Under the pieces are notes generated by a model. It made no database searches. It saw only the letters and a list, made by a program, of their open reading frames with translations, and was not told the origin of the DNA. Made by a program: the position numbers and the translations under genes. From the NCBI GenBank assembly GCA_963827235.1, contig CAWHAE010000010.1, forward strand, positions 928,001 through 992,000: 64,000 nucleotides of DNA, given 5' to 3'. This DNA is from an uncultured bacterium. GTDB taxonomy: Bacteria; Chloroflexota; UBA5177; JANWHV01. This document shows, one piece after another, positions 17,970 to 27,947 of the stretch (positions within the stretch are counted from its first letter, which is position 1; each line of letters opens with the position of its first letter).

Positions 17970-18166
17970 ACCGCTTCACCGATCGGCGTGCAAGACTGCT
18001 GGCGGAAGCTGAGCAACTGTTGCATGATGCTCTCTGCCGACTCCCGGACTACCAGATGGTGGCCGTTGGTCAGCGTGATCACCGTGTCCGGTGTCTGCTC
18101 CATGATCTCGATCAGGTTGGCATTCAGGACGAAGCGAGTTCCATCAAATCGGGTTAGCCAGAGCAT
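17966..18166 (-). CDS. flbD: FlbD/SwrD family flagellar protein
   Basis: MLWLTRFDGTRFVLNANLIEIMEQTPDTVITLTNGHHLVVRES. ATG 18166 with AAGGAG RBS, directly upstream of motA. Confidence 0.88.
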   Translation of the reverse strand: MLWLTRFDGTRFVLNANLIEIMEQTPDTVITLTNGHHLVVRESAESIMQQLLSFRQQSCTPIGEAV

Positions 18167-18301
18167 CGGACCGCACTCCTTCATGAACCGCTGACAGTGT
18201 AGTTGCGTGGCGCGCATCGCCCCAAGCAATTGCGCAGGACGCCTACGAGCGCCGTGCACCGATGGCGGCTCTGAATCAGCACCGGCCGTGATGTCGTAGC
18301 G

Positions 18302-18772
18302 TCAAGTCTGTTGCTTGACATGCTCGTCGATTGCCACGAGGTTGCTAATCACGACAACACGCTGGGAATCGATGCCCACCGGGTAACAGCTGATGAGCGT
18401 GGCGATCGGCTCGTCCGTGTGGTCGAGCACCCTCACGTCCGTCGGGGCAACCAGGTCGCGAGCCGTCACTACATAGGTGAAGCGAGTCGTGTCGCGGGAG
18501 AACTCCACGACGTCGCCGACCTGCAGTCTGGCGAGATTGCGGAAGATACAGTCCTGGATGTCGTCATGTCCGTAGACGACATAGTTGTCCCAGGTGCCGA
18601 GCCTGGCCGTATAGCTCAGGTGCGTCAGGGCGTAGCCGGGCGCGATGATCATGTTTCCCTGACTGTCGACGCCACGGTCGTAAACCGGCGCCCGAATCCC
18701 GAGCCGTGGTATAGACACCGTGACACCGCCGGGGCCGGCCGGCGCTACACTTGGATGCGCGTCGCAGTGCAT
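18302..18772 (-). CDS. Sortase catalytic domain; the N-terminal anchor probably lies upstream (to about 19100) across frame breaks
   Basis: VSIPRLGIRAPV, YGHDD (His), FRNLARLQVGD, TLISC (Cys) and RVVV (Arg). A TM-like VRRVFAAVAFGMMIV lies near 19030-19070 in another frame. Confidence 0.85.
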   Translation of the reverse strand: MHCDAHPSVAPAGPGGVTVSIPRLGIRAPVYDRGVDSQGNMIIAPGYALTHLSYTARLGTWDNYVVYGHDDIQDCIFRNLARLQVGDVVEFSRDTTRFTYVVTARDLVAPTDVRVLDHTDEPIATLISCYPVGIDSQRVVVISNLVAIDEHVKQQT

Positions 18773-19572
18773 CCAAGGAAAGCTCTGAGGAGGCTGTGCG
18801 GGCGCAGACCGGGCAACGTCTGCGGCCAGGCAGGCTCGGGGCCGTGGCTACGCGCGGCTTCGCGGCAACAATGCTAGCGGCCTGGGTTGGCCGAGAAACC
18901 GGGCTGTCGCAGGTTGCCCCATGAGCAGCGGGTGCGCGCGCCGTGAGACGGGGGCTGGTGCGGAAGATCGCGAGGACGCCGTTCCAGCGCCGGGACCGAG
19001 ACTTACGCCTCCAATCCACACGCCCAGACAATCATCATGCCGAAAGCTACCGCAGCAAAAACCCTGCGCACCTGGTATGCTCCTTGCGACGACGCGCCAC
19101 GATATGGCTCGACCGGAGCCTGCCGATCGCAGGATAGCCACGCAGAAGCGGACGCCGATAAGCCCGGCCGAAGGCTGAGCCTCGTCGCACTCACTGGCAT
19201 ACATCAGCGGTGTTTGGCTCTCAATCCCCCGATCTGCTCGCCGGTCGCTCGCCGCGCGACCTGCCTCTCCAGCCGGTACCAGCGCATCTGCGGGTTACGC
19301 AGCGTCAGAGCGCGCTGCTTGGGCCGGATTTTGCGCGCTGCAGTGCTCGGCGGGGACACATCACCTTCGCCCGTCGGAGGCCGGGCGAATCGATACAACC
19401 CGGAGCCTGCAGCGCGGATCCCACCTATCTACCGGTGGGCCTGCCAGCGCGACAAACGAGGCTCGTCGATGCCGTGCGACCCGAAACGTGACACGGATTG
19501 CCGGAGCCAAGTACCATAGGAGATGACAAGCTACGTTAGAGGAGTATGGGCTTTCTTTGAGGCGGTTGCCGT

Positions 19573-20634
19573 ATGGAAACACGGTTCAGAGCCAAAGAAC
19601 CCAGCCCGCATCTCTCTCGCCGGCCACCCGTCGATCCGGCAAAGCGGCAGCGTGGATTCAGCCCCCGCATTCCGAGCCCGCTGCAGGTTGCCTGGGGATC
19701 GCTGGGTGCGGCTGTGCTTCTGGTGATCGTGCTTGGCGTGAACATGATCGTCTCTCAGGGATCGTCCACCTCGACCATCCCGATCATGCGCACTCCGACG
19801 CCACTCGCCGTTCAACGCGTGGCCGTTCCGACCACCGTGGCGGCATCGGGCCTGACCGCGCATGCTTGCATTCGCTACAACCCGCTGCACGGCAACCAGC
19901 ATCACGTCGTGTTCATCGATCCCGGTCACGGCGGCGTCGACACGGGAACGTCGGGCCCCACGACGACCGGCAAGAAGCTGTATGAAAAGAACGTCACGCT
20001 CGCCGTTGCTCTCGCCACGCTGCCCATTTTGCGCGACCAGGGCTACACTGTCGTGCTCTCCAGGAATGCCGATACGCTGGTCAGCCGTACGACCGCTGCC
20101 GACTTTGCCGGCACCACGCTTACGGCAAGCGCCGAGCGCAAGGACGCCCAGGCACGCGTGGCGTGCGCGAACAGCGTGCGGGCTGAAGCGCTGATCATCA
20201 TTCACCTCAACGCATATGCCGATCCCACCACCAACGGGGCCGAGACGGTATACGACGGCTCGCGCTCGTTCCACGCGGCGAGCGAGCGTCTTGCCGATCT
20301 GATCCAGCGCGACGTAGTGTCCCAGTTCAGGAGCGCGGGCTGGCCGGTGCCGGATAACGGCGTCACCGACGATAGAGCGGCAGCCAGCCAGGCACCGACC
20401 GCCGGAGCGGGCGCCGAAGAGCACCTCCTTGAGCTCGGGCCATCCGGACCTAACGGGCTGCAGCAGCCGAGCACGATGCCCGGGGCGCTCGCCGAGCCGC
20501 TGTTCATCACGCATCCCGCTGAGGCCGACGTGGCCATCGATCCGAAGGGCGTGCACGCCATGGCAGCCGGATTAGCCGAGGCCGTAGGCGAGTTCTTCGG
20601 CTCCAAGGTGCCGGCTGGAACCGCCACGCCCTGA
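19573..20634 (+). CDS. N-acetylmuramoyl-L-alanine amidase (Amidase_3), membrane-anchored
   Basis: TM, then FIDPGHGG, YEKNVTL, LSR, IHLNA and ALAEP zinc/catalytic motifs. Confidence 0.9.
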   Translation: METRFRAKEPSPHLSRRPPVDPAKRQRGFSPRIPSPLQVAWGSLGAAVLLVIVLGVNMIVSQGSSTSTIPIMRTPTPLAVQRVAVPTTVAASGLTAHACIRYNPLHGNQHHVVFIDPGHGGVDTGTSGPTTTGKKLYEKNVTLAVALATLPILRDQGYTVVLSRNADTLVSRTTAADFAGTTLTASAERKDAQARVACANSVRAEALIIIHLNAYADPTTNGAETVYDGSRSFHAASERLADLIQRDVVSQFRSAGWPVPDNGVTDDRAAASQAPTAGAGAEEHLLELGPSGPNGLQQPSTMPGALAEPLFITHPAEADVAIDPKGVHAMAAGLAEAVGEFFGSKVPAGTATP

Positions 20635-20670
20635 GCGCGGCAGGACCGCCGCGACCAGGGCCAGGCCGGC

Positions 20671-22506
20671 TCAGAGGCTCAACGCGTGCACAAATGTATC
20701 CGTGAAATTGGCGTGCGTAGTGAGCTCGATGTACTGCGACCGGCGCGCGATCTCGAGCGCGTGTGCCCGTCGCTCGCGCGAGACGAGCAGGTGCTCGGCT
20801 CCCCGACCGGCGGCATTGCCCACCTGCCGGAATCGCTCGCGGGGAAGATCCGGCATCATGCCGATGCGGATGGCGCTGCCGATGTCCAGATACGTGCCGA
20901 ACGCCCCTGCCACCACCACTTCTTCGACGTCCTCGGCCTGGATGCCCGCCGCCTCCAGCAATATGTCGGCACCTGTGCGAATCGCACCCTTGGCCAGCTG
21001 AATCTCGTTGACGTCCGATCGAGTGAACACGACATCTCGTCCGTGCCCCGATAGCCGGGCAGGGACCACCAGACAGGCAAGTCCACCGCTCGCCCGGTGC
21101 ACGAGCGGATGAGTCTTGGAAAGTGCGCCGCGACTGTCGATGATACCGGCGGTCACACCTTCGGCCACCGCATCGAGGATCCCCGAGCCGCACAGGCCGA
21201 CCGGGCGCACCTCGCCGATCGCATGGACGAGAAAGCCGCCGTCGTGATAGCGGACGCGCTCGATGGCGCCGGGCACGGCCCGCATGCCGTCGTGGATGTG
21301 GGCTCCCTCGAATGCCGGTCCGGATGCCGTCGAGCAGGTCCACAGAGCACCGCCATGTGCCAGGCTTATCTCCGTGTTGGTTCCCACGTCCATGGCCAGC
21401 ACCGTTCGATCGGCGTCGCAGACACCGGTGGCGAGGAGCATCGACACGTGATCCGCGCCGACGTATCCGGCGATGTTCGGTGGCAAGTACAATGTCGCGG
21501 CCGGCGCGAGATGAATGCCGACGTCGAGGGCATAAAGGTCGAGCGGCTCAGCCACCGCGGCGACATAGGGCGCTTCTCCAAGCTGGCGCACCGGCAGGCC
21601 GACGACCAGGTGATGCATGGCAGTATTGCCCACCACGACGGCATCAACGATCTGCGTACGCTTGGTCCCTGCTTGCGTGCAAAGCTCATCTACCAGCCGA
21701 TTGATGCCGTCGATCACGCGCTCGTGCAATACGCGCGCGCCGGCGGCACTGGAGTTGGCATACGTGATGCGGCTCACCACGTCTTCGCCGTAGGCGATCT
21801 GGGGATTCATCGCGCCCGCGCGAGCCACGGTCTCCCCGGAGGAAAGGTCCACAAGGTAGCCTGCAACCTTGGTCGTGCCCACGTCGACTGCCAAGCCGAG
21901 CATAGCCGTGTTCTGCGGTAGAATCGCCACCACTTCCGGGAGCGCCCGCGCGCGATTCACACCCACGCGCGCAAGCCAGTGCTGCTCGCGCAGCGTCTCG
22001 GAACACGATCTGAGCACATTGATGCCGAGTACGGGTGCGGGTGACTGGGCATGTACGAGGGCGTCGATCAGCCTCCTGGCGTCGGAGCGCAGGTCTCGGA
22101 GGATCGGCGGCTCGACAGCGACGTCAAACGCCGAAACGGGCGGATCCACGGTGACGTCGACCGCTTGACCCTCCACCTGCAGCCGCTGCGTCGCGGTCAG
22201 CGAGTCGGGCGGGATGTCGACCCGTACGTCCCCCAGGGCTTTCGCCTGGCAGGCAAGGCGCATACCGGACAGGACTTCAGGCTCGGTGAGCAGGTCTTCT
22301 TCCACGCTGTTGGGAGCTGAGAGCTCGCCGCCAACGTGCCGCACCCGGCAGCTTCCGCAGGTGCCGTTGCCGCCGCAAATCGCCACCAGCTCGACGCCGG
22401 CTGTCTGGGCAGCTTCGAGAATAGTCGTGCCCTTGCGGACCAGCGCGCGACGGCCGGTAGGCTGCAGGTCGACACTCGCGGCGCTTGTGGATTGCGAATC
22501 AGCCAT
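20671..22506 (-). CDS. ASKHA-domain corrinoid reactivation protein (RACo/RamA-like) with N-terminal [2Fe-2S]
   Basis: CGGNGTCGSC..RLACQ ferredoxin, AVDVGTT, NPQIAYGEDVVSRI, GNTAMHHL, DVGTNTE, GPAFEG, GLCGSG, QLAKGAI, AGAFG and GNAAG. ATG at 22506. Confidence 0.92.
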   Translation of the reverse strand: MADSQSTSAASVDLQPTGRRALVRKGTTILEAAQTAGVELVAICGGNGTCGSCRVRHVGGELSAPNSVEEDLLTEPEVLSGMRLACQAKALGDVRVDIPPDSLTATQRLQVEGQAVDVTVDPPVSAFDVAVEPPILRDLRSDARRLIDALVHAQSPAPVLGINVLRSCSETLREQHWLARVGVNRARALPEVVAILPQNTAMLGLAVDVGTTKVAGYLVDLSSGETVARAGAMNPQIAYGEDVVSRITYANSSAAGARVLHERVIDGINRLVDELCTQAGTKRTQIVDAVVVGNTAMHHLVVGLPVRQLGEAPYVAAVAEPLDLYALDVGIHLAPAATLYLPPNIAGYVGADHVSMLLATGVCDADRTVLAMDVGTNTEISLAHGGALWTCSTASGPAFEGAHIHDGMRAVPGAIERVRYHDGGFLVHAIGEVRPVGLCGSGILDAVAEGVTAGIIDSRGALSKTHPLVHRASGGLACLVVPARLSGHGRDVVFTRSDVNEIQLAKGAIRTGADILLEAAGIQAEDVEEVVVAGAFGTYLDIGSAIRIGMMPDLPRERFRQVGNAAGRGAEHLLVSRERRAHALEIARRSQYIELTTHANFTDTFVHALSL

Positions 22507-23035
22507 TGATGTCCCCTCTACGTCGGCGTGACGTGTCTCCCCTTCCGCGCTACCCCGGGGGATCGCTCTCAACATGAACAACGGCAAGCCGGCATCTCCC
22601 AGGCATGGCCGCCATCCGCAGCAACTCCCGAGCCGGACCGCCGCGCACGCGGCACCGCCGGGCTGGAGCCCGGCGAGCTCCAGGCTCTGCGAGATGCGCC
22701 CACCTAAGTAGTACCAGGTAAGGCAGTCTGCCACGTCGACCGAGCATCCGATCGCCGATTCGACAGGAACTCGCCAGACACCCGCCGGTCAACAGAGCGC
22801 CGGACGCCCCGGCATCGTCCGTCCAGAGACGACGAGATCCGAGCCACGGACAATACTATGCCCGTCCACGCCTCTCGGCGAAGTCGCTGCCCTCCCAAGC
22901 AGACTCTACAGCAGTAGGATAGTTCCGGATCGCGGGCTGCTGCAATGGAGGGTGGAGGGAAAACGGCGCGAGCTCGGATCGGGTGCTGCCGGCATGCCTC
23001 AGCCAAGGACCGTCACGCCGGAACCGCGAATCCTC

Positions 23036-23218
23036 TCAATGGCACCAAAGGAAGCGCATAGACACCCACAGAGCCAGGCAGGCACAGCCAAAGTACCCCA
23101 TCCATGGCCCAATGCCGGCGCCAAACAAGGGCGACATCAGAGCGAGCACTGCTTCCGTACCGAGGGCGACGGCAAGGAGCACGTTTGGCACTTCCACGAT
23201 GTTGTCCGGCTCGACCAT
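23036..23218 (-). CDS. Small two-TM hypothetical protein (60 aa)
   Basis: MVEPDNIVEVPNVLLAVALGTEAVLALMSPLFGAGIGPWMGYFGCACLALWVSMRFLWCH with a purine-rich upstream stretch. Confidence 0.4.
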   Translation of the reverse strand: MVEPDNIVEVPNVLLAVALGTEAVLALMSPLFGAGIGPWMGYFGCACLALWVSMRFLWCH

Positions 23219-23441
23219 CCTACGCTTCCTCTCGCCCGATGACTCGACGACCAGTTCTCTGCACACTTACAATAGCGCAACAATGCCCCCGCGTCGAGAG
23301 GTATCATCCGCCTTGTCCGGCGTACACCACGCCGGCCGAGAGCCCGGTGTACCATCGTATCCGTCGCGCTCCAGCAGAAGCGCAGCGATCGGGGATGGGC
23401 CGTCGGGGGAAGTTTCGGACGCCTACGGCGAGGAGGTCAGC

Positions 23442-24401
23442 ATGTCGCAGGAACGGACGAGAGCCAGGCGGTTCGGCATTCAGCTACAAGCTCAACGCAC
23501 CACCTGGAAGGATTACCTGGAGACAGTACGCGCCGTCGAGGCGCTGGGCTACGACACCTTGTGGAACTTCGATCACATGTTGCCGTTCGCCGGGCCGGAG
23601 GACCAGCCGTGCTTCGAGACCTTCACGACCCTCACCGCGATCGCCCTCAGCACATCGCGCATCCGTTTCGGAGCCCTGGTCAACGGTGTCCTCTACCGGG
23701 ATCCGGCTACGCTGGCCAAATCTGCCACGGATGTCGACATTTTGAGCAACGGGCGCCTTGAGTTCACGCTGGGCGCCGCCTGGGCCGAACGAGAGTTCGC
23801 GGCTTACGGCCTTCCTTTTCCCGGCGTGCCCGAGCGTATGGAGCGCCTGACCGAGGCGGTAGAGGTCGTGAAGCTACTGTGGACGCAGGAGCGAACCACC
23901 TACGAGGGTAAGCACTTCAAGATCACCAACGCGCCGTGCTCGCCGAAGCCAGTTCAGCAGCCGCATCCTCCGATTACCATCGGAGGAGGTAGCAGGAGAG
24001 CGATCCGCGTCGCGGCGTCGCACGCGAACGGCTGGAACGGCATCGGCACTCCGGCGTACCTGGCCGAGCGGATTGCCGTTCTCCAGGAAGAGTGCTCGGC
24101 AGTCGGAAGGGACTACCGGGAGCTGGAGTTGTCCGTCCATCCGACACTCAGCGTTGCCAGGACCCACGAGCAGGCGGAGGCGTTCGCGCAGGCATACTGC
24201 GCCAGGCTCGGTATCGACCTGGAGTCGCAGCGAGGCAGATGGCTGCTCGGCACGCCCGACGAAGTGTGCGCTCAAATCCAGGCTTACGTCGAGGTTGGCA
24301 TCACGCACTGGATCATGGCCGCCGGGGCGCCGTTCAATCTCGACATGCTGGAGCTATTTGCTCGCGAGGTCATGCCGGCCTTCCGCTCAGCCGGCCGTTA
24401 G
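23442..24401 (+). CDS. LLM-class (luciferase-like) oxidoreductase, probably F420-dependent
   Basis: ATG 23442 after AGGAGG. GYDTLWNFDH, YRDPATLAK, SNGRLEFTLGAAW and PKPVQQPHPPITIGG. Confidence 0.9.
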   Translation: MSQERTRARRFGIQLQAQRTTWKDYLETVRAVEALGYDTLWNFDHMLPFAGPEDQPCFETFTTLTAIALSTSRIRFGALVNGVLYRDPATLAKSATDVDILSNGRLEFTLGAAWAEREFAAYGLPFPGVPERMERLTEAVEVVKLLWTQERTTYEGKHFKITNAPCSPKPVQQPHPPITIGGGSRRAIRVAASHANGWNGIGTPAYLAERIAVLQEECSAVGRDYRELELSVHPTLSVARTHEQAEAFAQAYCARLGIDLESQRGRWLLGTPDEVCAQIQAYVEVGITHWIMAAGAPFNLDMLELFAREVMPAFRSAGR

Positions 24402-24490
24402 GGTGGATCGCATCTCTCCGCCTGAGCGGTCACGCGGCGAAGCGGTTCATCGCTCGCCACGCGGGCTGCCCACGGCGGCGGGCGATGCGC

Positions 24491-25318
24491 TCAACCGCCC
24501 TCGAGGCCGGCGAGGGTCTGGGCGAGCCACTCTCTGTGCTGGGGCAGGGCGATCTCGGGAGGAGCCAGCTCCGGGTGCCATTTCTTTTCCCATTCCACCG
24601 AGATCCAGCCCCGGTAGCCTATGCGTAGGAGCGTCGCCAGCTGCTCGCGAACCGGGACTTCTCCCTCGCCAAGGGGCACAAGCTGCCAGTCGCCGCCGGC
24701 CGCTACCCTCCGAGCGTCCTTAACGTGCACGTGCACGATCCGGGGGCCAAGCGCCTCGGCCACCTGTGCCGGCGACTCGCCCATCCGGTACGGATGGTGG
24801 CTGTCCCAGAGAGCGCCGCCACCTGAGGAGGAGATACGGTCCAGCACGCGGGCGACACGACGGGCAGACGAATAGGCGTCATGTGTCTCCAGCGCCACGG
24901 TCACGCCGGATCCGGCGCAGACCGGCAGAATCTGCTCGATGGCGCCGGCAAGACGCACGTCGGCGGCATCGCCATCGTCCGGATCCGCGCCGCCAAACAC
25001 TCTCAGCACGGGCACTGCGCACCGTCGAGCGAGAACGATCCAGGCCCGGAGATCTTCCAGTGTCCGGGCTCGCTCCCGTGGATCGGCTGCCGCCAGCCGG
25101 CATGATGTGTCGAAGGCGCAGACTTCGATCTTTCGCGATCGGCTGCGCTGCACCGCCTGCTCCACGTCCGCGGCATGCACCACGGGATCGATCAGCTTCC
25201 CATCCAGCAGGCGCAGCTCCAGGCCCTGGTAGCCCAGCCCGACAGCCGCATCAAGCACCTCGGCGAGCGTCCAGTCGGGACATGCGAGCGTACTGAACGC
25301 GATGCGCAGAGCAGCCAC
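24491..25318 (-). CDS. Sugar phosphate isomerase/epimerase (xylose isomerase-like TIM barrel)
   Basis: FSTLACPDW, LELR, ALETHD, WDSHHP, HVHVKD, LGEGEVP and SVEWEKKWHPEL. Confidence 0.88.
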   Translation of the reverse strand: MAALRIAFSTLACPDWTLAEVLDAAVGLGYQGLELRLLDGKLIDPVVHAADVEQAVQRSRSRKIEVCAFDTSCRLAAADPRERARTLEDLRAWIVLARRCAVPVLRVFGGADPDDGDAADVRLAGAIEQILPVCAGSGVTVALETHDAYSSARRVARVLDRISSSGGGALWDSHHPYRMGESPAQVAEALGPRIVHVHVKDARRVAAGGDWQLVPLGEGEVPVREQLATLLRIGYRGWISVEWEKKWHPELAPPEIALPQHREWLAQTLAGLEGG

Positions 25319-25339
25319 TTCAGCCTCCATCTCGCGCGG

Positions 25340-26410
25340 TCACAGCGTTTCGGCGGCAAGCACGAACGCCGCCTGCTCCAGCAAACCGCCTTCCTCCCGC
25401 TGACTTGCCGGCCTGGAAGCATTGGCCACCGGCCACTCCCAGCTTACGAAGTCACGCACCGGCGCCAGCGTCACCGAGCCGGGGCTCGCCGCGGCAAGAT
25501 GGGACAGAGCTTGGAAGTAGATGGCATCGTAAGCGGCGTACTGTCCGCGGTCGCGCCACGGTCCCGCGAACGCGGCGGCAGTCTCGGCGGCAATGAGGCG
25601 CGCATCGGTCGCGTACGAACTCTGGCCTGTAGCGCGCGCGAAGGCCAGATCGGCGTCGATCATAACGCCCTGATTGTAGCTGACGAAATCCTTGTCGACG
25701 GTGCCGTTAGCCAGTATGTGATCCCAGTACAGGCCGTTCGGAGCCCGCAGATGTGCGTTCTCCCAATCGTACAGGCGGTGCGCCCAGGACAGGTAGCTGG
25801 ATTCATGAGTCAGCTGTGCCAGGCGCAGGGCGATGGTAATCGCCGGCGCGGTGGAGACGGTTGGGCGATCCTGGTGACCGTCCGCCCAGATGATGCCTCC
25901 CTGCTGCGCATCCCAGCCGGTGGTGATGAACGCGAACACGTGCTCCGCCGTGGTGAGATACGAGCTGTCGTGAAGCAGGCCGTACGCGTCGAGCAGGTCG
26001 AGTGCGATCCAGTTGTTGTCGTCGTAGTAGCGAAGACTACGCACGATGCGGGCATGATATCCGCCCCCAGTGGCGGCGTAGACGTGCAGCGAGCCGATGA
26101 TCCTGCGTACGCGAGCTAGGTCGGCCGCGGCACCGGTTTGCGCGGCAACGGCAATTGCCGCCGACAGTACCTGCGATGTGGGCCAGAGGGCGGCGTACGG
26201 CTCGTGTTGACCACCAGTGACGCGGTAGAGCCCGGCCGGCGCATCGTAGAACTCGACGTCAAGTCGATCCAGAGCTGCCACTGCCTCGCCGGCGTAGGCG
26301 GAGCGCGCGCCGTGGGCGCGCGCTCCGCCTACGCCGGCCAGGAGAGCGACGACGAGCACGGCGATCGAGGCCACGTTCCGCACGTACAGAGTGCAATTCC
26401 TTGCGGTCAT
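25340..26410 (-). CDS. Secreted glycoside hydrolase family 76 (alpha-1,6-mannanase/Dfg5-like)
   Basis: Signal peptide, YYDDNNWIAL catalytic DD motif, GGIIW, GLYWD and SYNQG. Confidence 0.88.
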   Translation of the reverse strand: MTARNCTLYVRNVASIAVLVVALLAGVGGARAHGARSAYAGEAVAALDRLDVEFYDAPAGLYRVTGGQHEPYAALWPTSQVLSAAIAVAAQTGAAADLARVRRIIGSLHVYAATGGGYHARIVRSLRYYDDNNWIALDLLDAYGLLHDSSYLTTAEHVFAFITTGWDAQQGGIIWADGHQDRPTVSTAPAITIALRLAQLTHESSYLSWAHRLYDWENAHLRAPNGLYWDHILANGTVDKDFVSYNQGVMIDADLAFARATGQSSYATDARLIAAETAAAFAGPWRDRGQYAAYDAIYFQALSHLAAASPGSVTLAPVRDFVSWEWPVANASRPASQREEGGLLEQAAFVLAAETL

Positions 26411-26648
26411 TCCAGTCCCTTGCGTTGAGCGGTGTCCTATGTGCTGAGCGTGATCGTGCCGGCGCCTCCTCTTTACGGTACCGTCCTGGCGGCATGGCCG
26501 CAACGCGGCTTCGCGCGGGCGCTGCCATGGACGAGTCCGCCTATCGCGAGCTATGGCACGATAAGACGCACAATGATACCGTCATAAGAGCGAAATCGCC
26601 TAGCGGTTGGAGTTCAACGGTGAACAGCAGGGATGGAGTACAAGGTCA

Positions 26649-27947
26649 ATGCTTGGTGAAGAAATCGTCGCTGCCCGGCGTGAAACGGCGAGCGCCGCGG
26701 CTCAGGGCAGCGCAGCCAGACGGCCATGGTCGGGTTTGGCCGCTCGAACAGACACTGCCGCCCTTGTTGCCGCTGTGCAGGCATTCACCGTCAGCCGTGC
26801 CATCCTGGTCACCGTCACCTACTTCGCCATGGCGCTCCACCCGAGCGTTTGGGGCGCCGGAACGCCGAATTCAGCCAGTCTCTGGGACGTTTGGTATCAG
26901 TGGGACGCTCGCTGGTACGTACGCATCGCCAGGATCAACTATCACTGGCACGGCTTCCATTACTGGGATTCGGTAGCCTTCTTCCCACTCTACCCGGTAT
27001 TCATCTTCGCGCTCGCCGCCGTCCTCCCCGTCTCCACGAAACTGATCGCCATTCTGGTCTCCAACGCCATCTTCTTCGCGGCGTTGATCGCACTGTACCG
27101 GCTGGTACGCCAGGAATTCGATGCCGCGGCTGCCCGGCGAACTGTCCTCTACATCTCGGTCTTCCCGACCGCCCTCTTCTTCTTCGCCGGATACAGCGAA
27201 TCGCCATTTCTGCTCTGGTCGGTGCTCTCGATCACGGCGATGCGCCGCCAGAGCCGGCCCTGGGCCGGTGTGTTCGGCGCCCTGGCGGCTGCCACGCGGT
27301 CGCAAGGACTCGTGCTCTGCGTGCCGTTCGCCGTCGAGTGGTGGATGGCCTGCGGACCCCGCCGGTATACGCTGGAGGAGCTCGGCACCCACCAGCGCCG
27401 GCACCTCATCACGGGCATTCGAGGCAGCGACATCCGTTCCTTTCTCTGGTGCGCATTCATTCCGGCATCCTGGATTCCGCTCGCGTGCATCATGTGGGCC
27501 CGCTTCGGACGGCCTCTTCTCTTCCTTCAGGCTCAGCAGGCGTGGCACCGGGTAACGACCTGGCCGTGGGTCGGCATGTGGCGCACGCTCCAGAAGATCT
27601 CTTTCACGCACATGGCTACGCCGGTGTCGGCGCACAATCTGCAGGAGTTCCTGGCCGTGCTGTTCTTCGCCGGCCTGATTGTCGCGGGGAGCAGAAGACT
27701 GCCGGCCTCCTTGTCGCTGTACGCGGCGACGGGGCTGCTCGCCATTTTGGCAAACCCGGCCATCGCCGACAACTACTACCAGCCGCTTATGTCCGCATCC
27801 CGACTGTGCCTCGGCTTATTCCCCTGCTTCATCACGCTCGGCATTCGCGGCAGCTGGGAGCCGCTGGACCGTGTCGTGACCACCGGCGGAGCGGCGCTGC
27901 TCGCCATCTTCACAGTCGTCTATCTCCAGGGAGCATGGGTCGCGTGA
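26649..27947 (+). CDS. GT-C mannosyltransferase (PIG-V/Mannosyl_trans2-like)
   Basis: WDARWYVRIA, AFFPLYP, FPTALFFFAGYSESPF, TRSQG and AQQAWHR; multi-TM. Confidence 0.85.
   Translation: MLGEEIVAARRETASAAAQGSAARRPWSGLAARTDTAALVAAVQAFTVSRAILVTVTYFAMALHPSVWGAGTPNSASLWDVWYQWDARWYVRIARINYHWHGFHYWDSVAFFPLYPVFIFALAAVLPVSTKLIAILVSNAIFFAALIALYRLVRQEFDAAAARRTVLYISVFPTALFFFAGYSESPFLLWSVLSITAMRRQSRPWAGVFGALAAATRSQGLVLCVPFAVEWWMACGPRRYTLEELGTHQRRHLITGIRGSDIRSFLWCAFIPASWIPLACIMWARFGRPLLFLQAQQAWHRVTTWPWVGMWRTLQKISFTHMATPVSAHNLQEFLAVLFFAGLIVAGSRRLPASLSLYAATGLLAILANPAIADNYYQPLMSASRLCLGLFPCFITLGIRGSWEPLDRVVTTGGAALLAIFTVVYLQGAWVA

Noticed and set aside
18848-18850. In-frame TAG joining ORF 18848-19204 to the sortase domain (possible amber readthrough or pyrrolysine)
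   Set aside because: The TM and linker-like segments lie in different frames, indels are common in this window, and no pyl genes are seen. Frameshift error or decay is simpler.
19204-19572. c-di-GMP or c-di-AMP riboswitch between the sortase and amidase
   Set aside because: Could not match the GEMM or ydaO consensus by eye; an Rfam scan is needed.
26726-27943. 831-aa ORF as one large protein
   Set aside because: The first ~400 aa are an off-frame shadow of the mannosyltransferase. The real GT87 starts at GTG 27944.
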